The notes beneath the pieces were generated by a model, which was not told the origin of the DNA, ran no database searches, and saw nothing but the letters and a program-made list of their open reading frames with translations. Shown here piece after piece: positions 13,837 through 24,188 of a stretch of 32,000 nt of DNA. The DNA is taken from NCBI GenBank assembly GCA_026625185.1, contig CP113000.1, positions 2,500,542 through 2,532,541 on the forward strand, read 5' to 3'. Both the position numbers and the translations under genes were made by a program. Within the stretch, counting starts at the first letter, position 1. Each line of letters opens with the position of its first letter. The DNA comes from Thermodesulfobacteriota bacterium. GTDB lineage: Bacteria > Desulfobacterota > WTBG01 > JAGOGO01.

Positions 13837-15987
13837 TTAAGAAGCACCCCGCAGGGAAAGGGAAATGCGCTTTCGCTCTAAGTCAACGCCAAGCACGGTC
13901 GCCATCACTTTCTGGTTGACCTTTACCACCTCGTTTGGATTTTTTACGAAACGGTTTGCCAGCTCGCTGATGTGTATAAGGCCGTCCTGATGCACACCGA
14001 TATCCACAAAAGCGCCGAAAGCCGTGATGTTGGTGACAATGCCCGGAAGTTTCATGCCGGGCTTTACATCCTCGATTTTTTCAACTCCTTCGGTAAAGGC
14101 AAAGGCCTCAAAAATCGCCCGGGGGTCTCGTCCAGGTTTAGCCAGTTCGTTTAGAATATCAGTGAGAGTTGGCAGGCCCACTTTTTCGGTTAGGTACGTG
14201 TTTATGTCAATGTGTTTGCGTAACCCTTCATTTTTCATCAGGTCGTTTAACGAGCATCCGAGGTCTTGCGCTATTGCTTCGACGATCGGGTAACTTTCCG
14301 GATGAACCGCGCTTGAATCCAGCGGGTTTATGGCGTCATGTATTCTTAAGAACCCTGCTGCCTGCTCGAAAGCCTTTGGACCGAGACGGGGAACTTTTTT
14401 GAGTTTCTCCCGCGCGTCAAAAGGGCCATTTTCGTCACGGTATTTAACGATCGCTTTGGCGAGCTGTGGCCCCAACCCGGAGACATACGTGAGGAGTTGT
14501 TTGCTGGCAGTATTAACCTCAACGCCCACCGCATTGACACAACTCATCACCACATCATCAAGACTTCGTTTTAACGCGCTTTGATCAACATCGTGCTGGT
14601 ATTGGCCGACCCCGATTGATTTGGGTTCGATTTTTACCAGTTCGGCAAGCGGGTCCATGAGACGCCGGCCGATGGAGACCGAACCGCGCACGGTTACATC
14701 GTGATCGGGAAATTCTTCGCGGGCGACTTCCGACGCAGAATACACCGATGCCCCGCTCTCATTGACGATGATCACGGGAATTTTTTTGAGCGGTTCGAGA
14801 CCTTTCACAAAAGCTTCGGTTTCCCTCCCTGCGGTTCCGTTTCCTACCGCAATCGCCTCTACCTGAAATTGCCGGCAGAGCGTGATCAGGGTCTCTGCTG
14901 CTTTGACTTTCGCGTGCTCGGATTGATGGAGAAAAATCGTATCCGTATGAAGAAGCTTTCCCTGGCGGTCGAGACAGACCACTTTGCAGCCAGTCCGAAT
15001 ACCGGGATCAACAGCAAGCACGTTTTTCCGGCCCAGGGGCGGAGCCAGAAGGAGCTGACGCAGGTTTTCGGCAAATACCCGGATCGCTTCTTCATCCGCG
15101 CGCTTTTTAGTGACCATCCGAATTTCTGTTTCCATCGATGGATAGAGGAGACGCGAAAAACTATCGTCAAGCGCCTGCTTCACCTGAAGAGAGGCCTGCG
15201 AATTCCCTTTAATGAAAAACGGTCCAAGGAGGGCGAGGGCTTCTTCTTCAGGCGGCGATACCCGAAGTGTCAGAAACCCTTCTTTCTCTCCTCGTCTCAT
15301 CGCGAGAATCCGGTGAGACGGAGCCGCGTTCACCGGTTCTTCCCAGTCATAGTAATCCTGGTATTTGATTCCTTCCTTTTCTTTATCAGCAATGATCTTA
15401 GACTTAAACACCGCCCGGCCGAGGAAAAACTCCCTCATTGCAGCGCGCGCGCCAGCATCTTCACTGATCCATTCAGCGATAATGTCCCGTGCGCCGGCCA
15501 GTGCTTCCTCAGCGGAATTGACATCCTTTTCCGGATTAATAAATGCCTGCGCCTCGTTGAGGGGATCCTGGTTTACCGGATCGGTTACGTCCTGCGCGAA
15601 AATCCGTTGGGCCAGAGGTTCAAGACCCTTTTCACGTGCGATTGTGGCTCGCGTTCTGCGCTTGGGCCGGAAGGGAAGGTAGAGATCCTCCAAAACGGTC
15701 ATAGTCTGCGCAGCGTCAAGTTTTTCTTTTAGCTCCTCAGTCAAAAGCCCCCGCTCTTCGAGAGAACGAAAAATGGCTTCCCTTCGGCTGTCCAGCTCGG
15801 CAAGCTGCGCCAACCGGTCCCGGATTGCGGTAATCGCTACTTCATCCAGAGAGTTGGTGGCCTCTTTGCGATAACGGGCGATAAATGGAACGGTCGCCCC
15901 TTCTTCAAGAAGCAAGGCTGTTGCCTTTACCTGTTGTGGTGTAAAACTGAGTGCTGTTGAAATTCGTTCGATATGAGTTTCGTTCAT
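13837..15987 (-). CDS. tex: Transcription accessory protein Tex (YqgF/HhH/S1 domains)
   Basis: 716 aa. The N-terminus ...VPFIARYRKEATNSLDEV is the Tex signature. The C-terminal S1 domain is GIVTNITAFGAFVDIGVHQDGLIHISEL. Confidence 0.9.
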   Translation of the reverse strand: MNETHIERISTALSFTPQQVKATALLLEEGATVPFIARYRKEATNSLDEVAITAIRDRLAQLAELDSRREAIFRSLEERGLLTEELKEKLDAAQTMTVLEDLYLPFRPKRRTRATIAREKGLEPLAQRIFAQDVTDPVNQDPLNEAQAFINPEKDVNSAEEALAGARDIIAEWISEDAGARAAMREFFLGRAVFKSKIIADKEKEGIKYQDYYDWEEPVNAAPSHRILAMRRGEKEGFLTLRVSPPEEEALALLGPFFIKGNSQASLQVKQALDDSFSRLLYPSMETEIRMVTKKRADEEAIRVFAENLRQLLLAPPLGRKNVLAVDPGIRTGCKVVCLDRQGKLLHTDTIFLHQSEHAKVKAAETLITLCRQFQVEAIAVGNGTAGRETEAFVKGLEPLKKIPVIIVNESGASVYSASEVAREEFPDHDVTVRGSVSIGRRLMDPLAELVKIEPKSIGVGQYQHDVDQSALKRSLDDVVMSCVNAVGVEVNTASKQLLTYVSGLGPQLAKAIVKYRDENGPFDAREKLKKVPRLGPKAFEQAAGFLRIHDAINPLDSSAVHPESYPIVEAIAQDLGCSLNDLMKNEGLRKHIDINTYLTEKVGLPTLTDILNELAKPGRDPRAIFEAFAFTEGVEKIEDVKPGMKLPGIVTNITAFGAFVDIGVHQDGLIHISELANRFVKNPNEVVKVNQKVMATVLGVDLERKRISLSLRGAS

Positions 15988-16122
15988 TGTTTTATCGTCA
16001 GGTTGAATTTACACGCCCGGCTATCAAAATCATCAATGTCTGAAGGTGGGGTCGCAAGAAGATTTTGTCTCGTAGGTTGTTTAAAAACTCAATGAAAAAC
16101 ATCGTCACCGAAAAAAGACTTT

Positions 16123-17640
16123 TTACGAAATAAAGAGATTTTTTGTGGAAAAGTTCGGATCGCTGGTCAGATGAACGCCGAGGCGTCTTAAACCGGCTTC
16201 ATCTCCGGGGGTGGGAATATGAGTCATATGTACCTCACAGTCCCGAAGGTCTTTCAATTTTTCAATGGCCAGTTGAGCTGCGGGATTTGCCATCGCACTG
16301 ATACTGAGAGCAATAAGGGCCTCTTCGAGATCCAGACTCACGGTTTTCTCTTTCAGGATTTCCATTTTCAGTTTCTGCACTGACTCGGTGATGGAGTCAG
16401 GCAAGAGGGGCAATTTAGGGGGAATGCCTGCCAAATGTTTGATGGCATGGATAATCAGACTGGTGGCTGCGTGCATGAGGGTGGAATTATTACCGGTGAT
16501 GATGGTGCCGTCCTTCAACTCAATTGCCGCTCCGCAAAAAATTCCTTCATTACCCTTGTTTTCTTCTATCGCCGCTTTAGCCGCATCGCGTGCCGGGACG
16601 ACAACCCGGCGGTGTTCTGGCTCAAGGTTTGACTCCTTGATAAAAAGCTCTACTCGTTGCACGGTCTCTTTGTCTGCAAAACCCATTGCGTATTCACAGC
16701 GGTAGCGAAAATATCTCCGGATGATTTCCTGCATGGCGGCTTCCTTGGTGCCTTCGTCATCACTAATGGCAAACCCCGCCCGATTTAACCCCATATCGGT
16801 GGGTGATTTATAAAAAGACTCACCCCCGGTTATTTTTTCCAGTATCCTTTTTAAGACCGGAAAAATTTCCACGTCCCGGTTATAATTCACCGCCACCTTT
16901 CCGTACGCTTCTAAATGAAACGGGTCAATGAGATTAAAATCTTTGATGTCCGCGGTGGCCGCTTCATAGGCCACATTCACCGGGTGTTTAAGCGGTATAT
17001 TCCAGATAGGGAAGGTCTCAAACTTGGCATATCCGGATTTTTTCCCTTGTAGGTAGTCGTGATAGAGTTGAGACAAACAGGTGGCCAGCTTACCACTGCC
17101 CGGACCAGGGCCGGTCACGATGACTAACGGTTTTTCCGTTTCAATATAGCCGTTTGCTCCATAGCCTTCATCGCTGACGATCAGGTCAACATCAGTGGGA
17201 TAGCCTTTGGTAAAACTATGGGTATAAACTTGTATCCCCCGCCGTTCTAATTTATTTTTAAAAAGGGTGGCTGAGGGTTGGTTTTCAAAACGGGTGATAT
17301 TCACACCCAGTACATTGATTCCCCAGTTTCTTAAGTCATCAATAAGTTTCAAAGCATCCGAATCGTAGGTGATACCAAAATCAGCCCGTATTTTTTTTCT
17401 TTCGATATCCCCGGCAAAAATGCAGAGCAAGATATCGGCTTTGTCTTTTAATTCCGAAAGAAGCCTCATTTTGATGTTTGGGTCATAGCCGGGCAAAACT
17501 CTGGCAGCGTGGTAATCGTATAAAAGCTTTCCGCCGAACTCGAGGTACAGCTTGTTGTCAAACATTTTCATTCGTTTAATAATTTCCGAGGTTTGTTCTT
17601 CCAAGTACCTCTCATTGTCAAAACAGGTCTTTCGGATCAT
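16123..17640 (-). CDS. DUF1846 / UPF0371 family protein
   Basis: 505 aa. The N-terminus FDNERYLEEQTSEIIKRMKMFDNKLYLEFGGKLLYDYHAARVLPGYDPN closely matches the conserved UPF0371 N-terminus. Confidence 0.8.
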   Translation of the reverse strand: MIRKTCFDNERYLEEQTSEIIKRMKMFDNKLYLEFGGKLLYDYHAARVLPGYDPNIKMRLLSELKDKADILLCIFAGDIERKKIRADFGITYDSDALKLIDDLRNWGINVLGVNITRFENQPSATLFKNKLERRGIQVYTHSFTKGYPTDVDLIVSDEGYGANGYIETEKPLVIVTGPGPGSGKLATCLSQLYHDYLQGKKSGYAKFETFPIWNIPLKHPVNVAYEAATADIKDFNLIDPFHLEAYGKVAVNYNRDVEIFPVLKRILEKITGGESFYKSPTDMGLNRAGFAISDDEGTKEAAMQEIIRRYFRYRCEYAMGFADKETVQRVELFIKESNLEPEHRRVVVPARDAAKAAIEENKGNEGIFCGAAIELKDGTIITGNNSTLMHAATSLIIHAIKHLAGIPPKLPLLPDSITESVQKLKMEILKEKTVSLDLEEALIALSISAMANPAAQLAIEKLKDLRDCEVHMTHIPTPGDEAGLRRLGVHLTSDPNFSTKNLFIS

Positions 17641-17913
17641 CGAGTTCCCTCCATGAAATTACCTAAGCTAAAATCTTTGGTGAGATCGTGCGTACGTTGA
17701 ACATTCCGGTGTCGAGCCAAAAAATGGATTTCCTCCTTTGCTTCGCTCTTTTTTCCGGTTTGTCCGTATAATAATGTATTCCAGAACAATTGGGTAGAAA
17801 AAAAATAAAAAACCTGCCAAAGGTCTAAATCTTCTTAATCCCTCAATGACTTTAGAGCCATCTATGCAACTATCCGTTAAGTTCAACGATTTCTTTCTCC
17901 GGGAGGAGGACTT

Positions 17914-18585
17914 TTAAAACTTATGTCCCACCTTGCCGCGCGACACCACGGTATCAAAAAGTTTGCGTGGCCGTGATTTCGGCTCCTCATCGGGTACGCC
18001 GATGGTCAACAGGCAAAGGAGATACATTTTTTCCGGAATTCCCAGAGTAGTTTTTATTTCCTGGTAAAGTTTTTTCTGCGCTTGAGTTATTTCATTAGCA
18101 AAAGCGCCGACAATACACATGCCGAGTCCTTGGTTGACCGCCTCGATTGCCATAAAGGCGTAGGCAATGCCCAGTTGTTCAAATGTTCGGCTGAGGATTA
18201 TTGCCGGTCCATTCTCGGCAACGCAAAAAACCGGATCCTTAAGAAACACGTTGTCGATAACTTCTTCCGGGACGTTTATTACGCCACTCTGAACAAGTTC
18301 CATAAGGGCTTCACGGTTTTTCGGCTTGTCCCATGCAGAAAGGTCACCACAGACACCAATGACCACCGGCGCCTGTTTTACTTGCTTTTGTCCGGAGGCA
18401 AGGCGGCTCAATTTTTCTTTTATGTCCGCGTCTTCGATAACAATAAAATGCCAGGGCTGAACGTTTTCCCAAGAGGGTGCCCGGCGTCCGGCTTCTAATA
18501 TTTTACGTAATGTCTCGTCCGGGATGGGTTGGCTTTTGTATTTACGAATACTTCGCCACGTGTTGATTGCATCAGTTACTTCCAT
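17914..18585 (-). CDS. Nitroreductase family protein
   Basis: 223 aa. RSIRKYKSQPIPDETLRKILEAGRRAPSWENVQPWHFIVI is the classic nitroreductase N-terminal FMN-binding motif. Confidence 0.85.
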   Translation of the reverse strand: MEVTDAINTWRSIRKYKSQPIPDETLRKILEAGRRAPSWENVQPWHFIVIEDADIKEKLSRLASGQKQVKQAPVVIGVCGDLSAWDKPKNREALMELVQSGVINVPEEVIDNVFLKDPVFCVAENGPAIILSRTFEQLGIAYAFMAIEAVNQGLGMCIVGAFANEITQAQKKLYQEIKTTLGIPEKMYLLCLLTIGVPDEEPKSRPRKLFDTVVSRGKVGHKF

Positions 18586-18621
18586 GGGGGAGTCTCCTTT
18601 TTTGAAGCGTTATTTTTTCGT

Positions 18622-19605
18622 TCAAGGCTTTTTAGCCTCTACCAGACAGTCCATCATCTGACTTGACCGGATAATTTTGACTTCCCTAAATCCCGCCTCC
18701 TCCAGGGGATGCTTAATTTCCAGGAATGTATACGTATCCCCCCCCGGAGTGTTTATCAGCATATTGAGAGCGAAAAGAGCTCCTTCGGGCGGATGGGTGC
18801 GGGATTCATCCATAACAAAATCACGAATGAGCAGTCTGCCTCCCGGAAGGAGTGCCTGAAAAATTTTACGGTAAAGAGCAAGGTTTTGTTCAGGACTGTT
18901 TTGATGAATAATCGCAGAGAGGAGCGCTAAATCGCAGCCCCGGGGAAGGTCATCATGATAAAAATCACCCGCCACAAGCTCAACCCGTTTTGCCAGCCCT
19001 TCGGCGTTCATTCTTTCTTCAGCCATGAGAATGACATTTTTAAGGTCAAAGATCACTCCTGTGAGCATTGGGTTTTTTTTGAGAAAAGCGATGCAATACG
19101 TGCCTGAACCACCGCCAATGTCGAGGAAACGTTTAAAAGGTTTCAGGTCATACGCACCGGCAATTTCCTGAGAAAGCTTGCGGCCAACAACGTGCATGGC
19201 ACCAATAAAGGCTCTCTGGTCTTCCTTGGTTTTGTACCAAAAGGGTTTTGGTTTTCGATCAGGGCCGTTTTTCACAGTTTCGGTTAGATGGCTCCAGCTA
19301 TCCCAAAGATTATTTAAATGAAGGATCAAGGGGAGGATTGTGTCCGGATGACTTGCGTCCAGCGGTGCGCCTTGGTCGGTCAGAAGATAGTAAGTATCGT
19401 GTTTTTTTACCAGACCGAAGGTAACCAGAGTATCCAGGAGGCGTGTTAAGGCGCGGGCGTTTAGCTTGAGTTTGCCGGCAAGTTCCTTGGCTGAAGATGA
19501 TTTTTCGTGGAGATGGGTAAAAAGATTGAGTTCCGCCGCAGTTAGTATCACCCGGCTTTCCATGAAATTTCTAACTTTAGAGATAACCTCACCTGGTTTC
19601 ATCAC
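18622..19605 (-). CDS. Class I SAM-dependent O-methyltransferase with an N-terminal winged-helix dimerisation domain
   Basis: 327 aa. SAM motif I is FLDIGGGSGTY. The N-terminal 90 aa are helix-rich, as in plant-type/bacterial OMTs (PF00891-like architecture). Confidence 0.8.
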   Translation of the reverse strand: MMKPGEVISKVRNFMESRVILTAAELNLFTHLHEKSSSAKELAGKLKLNARALTRLLDTLVTFGLVKKHDTYYLLTDQGAPLDASHPDTILPLILHLNNLWDSWSHLTETVKNGPDRKPKPFWYKTKEDQRAFIGAMHVVGRKLSQEIAGAYDLKPFKRFLDIGGGSGTYCIAFLKKNPMLTGVIFDLKNVILMAEERMNAEGLAKRVELVAGDFYHDDLPRGCDLALLSAIIHQNSPEQNLALYRKIFQALLPGGRLLIRDFVMDESRTHPPEGALFALNMLINTPGGDTYTFLEIKHPLEEAGFREVKIIRSSQMMDCLVEAKKP

Positions 19606-19740
19606 TTTCTTTCCTTTTGAGCGAGATAGGTTTTAATGGCCTCAAAAAAACGCGTTGCCATAATTGTATAAACTGCTTTGTTCGGGCGGATTGGGTCACT
19701 CATCAGGTCAGGATCGGTGATAAGACCGTTATAAATTCTT

Positions 19741-20160
19741 TTATTTAACCAGCATAACCGGGCACTGAGATAAGATTCCTATTTTATGACTGATCGTTCC
19801 CCAATCTTTGGTGGGTTCTTTGGGATTGACTTTGTGAGAATTCATAATAATAAGGTCAATTTTATTTTTGCCCGCAAAACTTAATATCTCCCCCACCCTA
19901 TTGCCGAAGGTAATTTTACCTTCAATGGACAGTTTGTTTTTTTTGTAAGGGGTAATCAATTTATCAATATTTTTTTTTGCCCGTTCTTCCAGATTTCGAT
20001 AGAAATCTTCGAATTCAGAAAAAGAGGTGGATGCAATAGTTTGGACTACGTGCAAAAGATAAACCTTACTTTTAGTATGTATGGCGATTTTAACCGCGAT
20101 ATCCAAGGCCTGTTTGTTTTTTTTGGTCAAATCAATTGGAACCAGAATATTTTTAAACAT
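19741..20160 (-). CDS. Universal stress protein (UspA family)
   Basis: MFKNILVPIDLTKKNKQALDIA...HVV...DLIIMNSH...GTISHKIGILSQCPVMLVK. AGGAGG precedes the ATG at 20160, so the track start at 20178 is less likely. Confidence 0.8.
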   Translation of the reverse strand: MFKNILVPIDLTKKNKQALDIAVKIAIHTKSKVYLLHVVQTIASTSFSEFEDFYRNLEERAKKNIDKLITPYKKNKLSIEGKITFGNRVGEILSFAGKNKIDLIIMNSHKVNPKEPTKDWGTISHKIGILSQCPVMLVK

Positions 20161-20212
20161 ACGACCTCCTTTGTTCACTTGCGTTTGAGGTAAACTGTAA
20201 AATCTTATAACC

Positions 20213-20452
20213 TCAATAACTTCGATTTATGGCCGCGCTTAGCTCTAAAACTCTTTTGAAAATTTCTATTGACGCCCAGATAAGATATAAGATGAAAATT
20301 ACCACTGCCATAGTTAAAAGCACTTTCCAGTTCTTACTAAAATGAGGGCTTTTACAAAGCAGCGGCAGCGCAAAGGGACCGATTAACACGAATAAGAGAA
20401 CAAGCACAGGAACTGGGCGATAATACCATTTAATCTTTTCTTCTTGAGGCAT
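20213..20452 (-). CDS. Hypothetical small two-helix membrane protein
   Basis: Two hydrophobic segments are present (VPVLVLLFVLIGPFALPLL and VLLTMAVVIFILYLIWASI). The start is chosen at MPQEEK. No family is recognised. Confidence 0.5.
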   Translation of the reverse strand: MPQEEKIKWYYRPVPVLVLLFVLIGPFALPLLCKSPHFSKNWKVLLTMAVVIFILYLIWASIEIFKRVLELSAAINRSY

Positions 20453-20643
20453 GGTAACGTCCTCTCTCAACGAGGCCTTTTCTCAGAGTTAGTTAAATTT
20501 TGGGTAAAGTTCGGTTCCCTCTTATTAAGGTTTCCGGGAGATTACCATACTCCTTATTTTTAATCAATATTTCCAAAAAAATAAAATGTAAGTTTTACGG
20601 CTTCTTCAAGCTTATCATTGGTGTTTTTTTGCTATGCGATAGG

Positions 20644-21828
20644 TTAAATTTTTTTTTCTTTAACCCTAAAAAGTAAAAGTGACGCCAGGAGGGCCAAGCC
20701 GGCGCCAAACAGGAATGCAACCCCAGGATTTACCCGATGCCACAATACCCCCATAATAATACTGGCGGGCAGCGCTCCGATCCCTATCGCGCAATTAAAA
20801 ACTCCGTAGGCAAGACCGCGCATTTCGGGCTTCACCAGATCAGCGACAAAAGCTTTTTCCACCCCCTCGGTAAGTCCGAAATAAACGCCGTATAAAGCAA
20901 AAAGCCCCCATGCCTGCCATGCGGACGAAGAGAGCGCAAAGGCACCATAAACCAGCGCGTAAATAATCCATCCTAAGATAATCACCTTTTTTCTTCCGAT
21001 TCGATCGGAGAGGGCACCGCCGGGCATGGAACTGAGAGCTTTGACAACATGTAAAACCACCCAGATGATGGGAATAGAGACGGCCGAAACCCCTAAATCA
21101 TTTGCCCGGAGGAGCAAAAAGGCATCGCTCGAATTTCCTAACGCGAATAAAAAAACAATGCCCAGATAAAGGCGAAAATTACCGTCAATCCCGCGGAAGT
21201 GTGGCGATGGTGCTTGGGCTGTACGCTCAGGCGCAATTTCTTTTGCTCCCACGATAAGGATGATAACACTGAGTAGGGCAGGGATAGCCGCAAGCCAGAA
21301 AACCAAACGGTAATTATGCGGCGCAAGAAATAAAACCCCCATAGCGAGGATGGGGCCAACAATTGCTCCCAGGTGGTCCATGGCGCGATGGAAGCCAAAG
21401 GCCTTGCCGCGAAATTCCAATTTGGTTGAATCAGCGATGAGAGCATCGCGGGGAGAAGTCCGGATACCTTTACCGATCCGGTCGATAAATCTGACAAATA
21501 AAACATGCCAGGAAGCCAGCGCCATTGCCATGAGCGGCCGTGCAAGCGACGCGAGGGCATAACCTGCCACGGCAAGGGACTTGCGCTTTTGTAATTTATC
21601 GGATAACCAACCGGAAAATAGTTTCACCAGAGAAGCGGTCGATTCAGCGACCCCTTCAATAAGACCGAGCATTTCCGCGCTTGCTCCCAAAGTGAAGGTA
21701 ACAAAAAGGGGGAGCAAAGGGTAGATCATATCGCTGCTGGCGTCAGTAAAAAAACTGACCAAACCTAAGACAGCAACATTTCTTCCTAACCCAGAAAACA
21801 GGTTTTTTTTATCGAAAAATTTTTTCAC
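20644..21828 (-). CDS. MFS transporter
   Basis: 394 aa with about 12 hydrophobic helices. MFS loop motifs are present: GWLSDKLQKRK (the D-R/K-x-G-R-R/K-like motif between TM2 and TM3) and a second copy GALSDRIGRKK. Confidence 0.85.
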   Translation of the reverse strand: MKKFFDKKNLFSGLGRNVAVLGLVSFFTDASSDMIYPLLPLFVTFTLGASAEMLGLIEGVAESTASLVKLFSGWLSDKLQKRKSLAVAGYALASLARPLMAMALASWHVLFVRFIDRIGKGIRTSPRDALIADSTKLEFRGKAFGFHRAMDHLGAIVGPILAMGVLFLAPHNYRLVFWLAAIPALLSVIILIVGAKEIAPERTAQAPSPHFRGIDGNFRLYLGIVFLFALGNSSDAFLLLRANDLGVSAVSIPIIWVVLHVVKALSSMPGGALSDRIGRKKVIILGWIIYALVYGAFALSSSAWQAWGLFALYGVYFGLTEGVEKAFVADLVKPEMRGLAYGVFNCAIGIGALPASIIMGVLWHRVNPGVAFLFGAGLALLASLLLFRVKEKKI

Positions 21829-22178
21829 ACCAGCGAATCTTTAGCTTTTGGATGAAAAATCTGCCAGGCTTCATTTTAAACAGTTTATATCTTAATTTTA
21901 AAATTTTTAGAAGTGGTTAAATAAATATAAATTCAAGGTTTTAGGTGTGGACCTACTTGTTAAAATCCTTGACTTTTTCAAGTGTTTTGGTAAAAATTTT
22001 TGTTATGTTGCTTTGCCATCATGATCAAAGGCGTATTCTTTTCGGGCTTCATGAAATCGGGTTTAATTTGATGAAGGAGAGTATGTGCCCCTAAAGCCGG
22101 GGATGGTGGTGGAGATCGTGGGGGAAAAATTGAAATTACCTAGCTGATACCAAGCACATCAAATTTTGGAGGTAACCC

Positions 22179-22832
22179 ATGGATGATCCGATTAAAGATT
22201 ATTGGCGCACTCGGCTAAAAGATTTGAAGGAAGCATTGGAGGCAAATAATTTCGAGGTTTTTATTGCCGACAATGCCGGCCACGCAAAAACAATTTTGGA
22301 AAATGAAATTATTTCCCGGACCGGAGCAAAAAGCGTCTCCTGGGGCGGTTCGATGACTTTTATTAATTCCGGCCTTTATGAAGCGCTCAAGGATCGGAAG
22401 GATCTCGAGGTAGTGGATACCTATGACAAAAGCCTTTCGGATGAACAAAAGATGGAGAAAAGAAGAGCGGCGCTGTTGGTTGATCTTTTTATCATGGGAA
22501 CGAACGCGATTACCCAAGAAGGCGAGCTGGTTAATTTGGATATGATCGGGAACCGCGTGGGGGGTTTAATTTTTGGCCCCAAAAACGTGGTAATTCTGGT
22601 CGGACGTAATAAAATTGTTCCTGATCTTGAAGCCGCTATGGGCAGAATCAAAAATTACGTCGCCCCCATTAATACCAAGCGACTGGGGAAAAAAACCCCG
22701 TGCGTGAAGACATCTTACTGCGAAGAGTGTCAAAGCGAGGAGCGGATCTGCAATGCGTGGACAATCATCCAAAAATCATTTCCCAAAAAGAGAGTGAAGG
22801 TTGTTTTAATCAATGAGGATTTAGGATTATAA
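22179..22832 (+). CDS. LUD-domain (DUF162, LutC/YkgG-like lactate-utilisation family) protein with a C-terminal Cys cluster
   Basis: 217 aa. The central LFIMGTNAITQEGELVNLD..GNRVG..IFGP..VILVGRNKIV is the LUD-domain core. The C-terminal segment is CVKTSYCEECQSEERIC. GGAGG lies upstream. Confidence 0.6.
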   Translation: MDDPIKDYWRTRLKDLKEALEANNFEVFIADNAGHAKTILENEIISRTGAKSVSWGGSMTFINSGLYEALKDRKDLEVVDTYDKSLSDEQKMEKRRAALLVDLFIMGTNAITQEGELVNLDMIGNRVGGLIFGPKNVVILVGRNKIVPDLEAAMGRIKNYVAPINTKRLGKKTPCVKTSYCEECQSEERICNAWTIIQKSFPKKRVKVVLINEDLGL

Positions 22833-22940
22833 TTTGACGACATCACATTTAAAAGAGAGGGAAGGTCTACCGTTGATTTCCCCAGAACTATTATTAAAGA
22901 TTTAGCAGCACGATCGTAACCCTTTTAAGAAAAACACAAA

Positions 22941-23969
22941 ATGAAAGCCATGGTATTAAAGGAGCTTTGCCGCATAAAAGAAAACCCTATTCCATTGGCG
23001 TTAACTACACTGCCGAAACCGGCTCCGTTAGAAAATGAAATTTTGATTAAAGTCTCGGCGTGCGGTGTTTGCCACACTGAATTGGATGAAATTGAGGGCC
23101 GAACTCCACCGCCGCATTTACCGGTAGTCCTTGGTCATCAAGTGGTGGGAAAAGTTGAGACCCAAGGTGCTCAGGCAAAACTTTTTAATATCGGCGATCG
23201 GGTCGGTGTGGCGTGGATTGCTTCGGCCTGCGGGACCTGCACGTTCTGCCTTTCCGGAAATGAGAACCTTTGTCCGCAATTTAAAGCCACCGGCCGGGAT
23301 GTGAACGGCGGATATGCCGAGTATATGACTATTGAAGAAGGTTTTGCCCATCCAATCCCCGGGTTTTTTTCCGATGTTGAAACCGCTCCGCTTCTTTGTG
23401 CGGGTGCGATCGGCTACCGGTCTCTAAAACTTTCCAGTCTTACCGATGGACAAAACTTGGGTTTAACCGGTTTCGGAGCATCGGCCCACCTGGTGCTTAA
23501 GATGGTAAGGCATCGGTATCCGAATACCAAAGTTTTTGTTTTTGCCCGAAGCGGTGATGAAAAAACATTCGCACGTGATTTGGGAGCGCATTGGGCCGGC
23601 AACTCGGAAGAGAGATCGCCGGAGCAATTAGACAGCATTATTGATACCACGCCGGTGTGGGATACGGTGGTGGAGGCATTAAAAAATTTGAAGCCTGGAG
23701 GAAGGTTGGTAATCAATGCGATTCGTAAAGAAGAAAGTGATAAAGAAACTCTTTTGCGGTTACACTATCCCGACCATCTCTGGATGGAGAAGGAGATTAA
23801 AAGCGTCGCTAATGTGGCTCGAAGCGATGTGAGGGAGTTTTTACTGTTGGCGGCAGAAATTTCGATAAAGCCTGAGATTCAGGAATTCAGACTGGAGGAG
23901 GCAAATCAAGCGCTGATAGAACTTAAGGAACGAAAAATTAGAGGCGCTAAGGTTTTAAAAATCGCGTAG
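22941..23969 (+). CDS. Zinc-dependent alcohol dehydrogenase (MDR superfamily)
   Basis: 342 aa. The catalytic Zn motif is GVCHTELDEIEG...GHQVVG. The structural Zn cysteines are CGTCTFCLSGNENLC. The Rossmann motif is GLTGFGASAHL. Confidence 0.9.
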   Translation: MKAMVLKELCRIKENPIPLALTTLPKPAPLENEILIKVSACGVCHTELDEIEGRTPPPHLPVVLGHQVVGKVETQGAQAKLFNIGDRVGVAWIASACGTCTFCLSGNENLCPQFKATGRDVNGGYAEYMTIEEGFAHPIPGFFSDVETAPLLCAGAIGYRSLKLSSLTDGQNLGLTGFGASAHLVLKMVRHRYPNTKVFVFARSGDEKTFARDLGAHWAGNSEERSPEQLDSIIDTTPVWDTVVEALKNLKPGGRLVINAIRKEESDKETLLRLHYPDHLWMEKEIKSVANVARSDVREFLLLAAEISIKPEIQEFRLEEANQALIELKERKIRGAKVLKIA

Positions 23970-24188
23970 GGTAGGGTAGGGTTGTCAACGGGACCTCGTT
24001 TTTTGGAGATTTAGTTAACCGGCAGATGCTTAATGGGGTGTAAACCCTGCTAAGGCGACTTTCCTTTTACGAAGGACTTGCCTGCAGCGAGAGATCAACC
24101 GTGTATAAAAACATATATAACAAGGTAAGGTTACTATGGTGGCAGCTTTGATAGATGTTTTACTCTTTTCTAAAGGAGGGTGATCACA

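Noticed and set aside
14701-15732. 343-aa plus-strand ORF, plus several ORFs of 60-105 aa, inside the tex locus.
   Set aside because: They are antisense to a 716-aa ORF with unmistakable Tex motifs. The translation is low-complexity and Arg/Phe/Ser-rich, with no motifs and no RBS.
17668-17886. 72-aa minus-strand ORF between the nitroreductase and DUF1846 genes.
   Set aside because: It has no RBS, odd composition and no motif. The space is more plausibly the promoter/5' region of the DUF1846 gene.
21138-21575. 145-aa minus-strand ORF in another frame within the MFS gene, and a 70-aa plus-strand ORF.
   Set aside because: They lie completely inside the 394-aa MFS transporter ORF. Their composition is typical of off-frame translation.
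23969-23992. G-quadruplex-capable motif GGGTAGGGTAGGG-N8-GGG immediately after the ADH stop codon.
   Set aside because: It is a single occurrence with a long last loop. It has no partner features, and I cannot separate it from chance. I noted it only for completeness.
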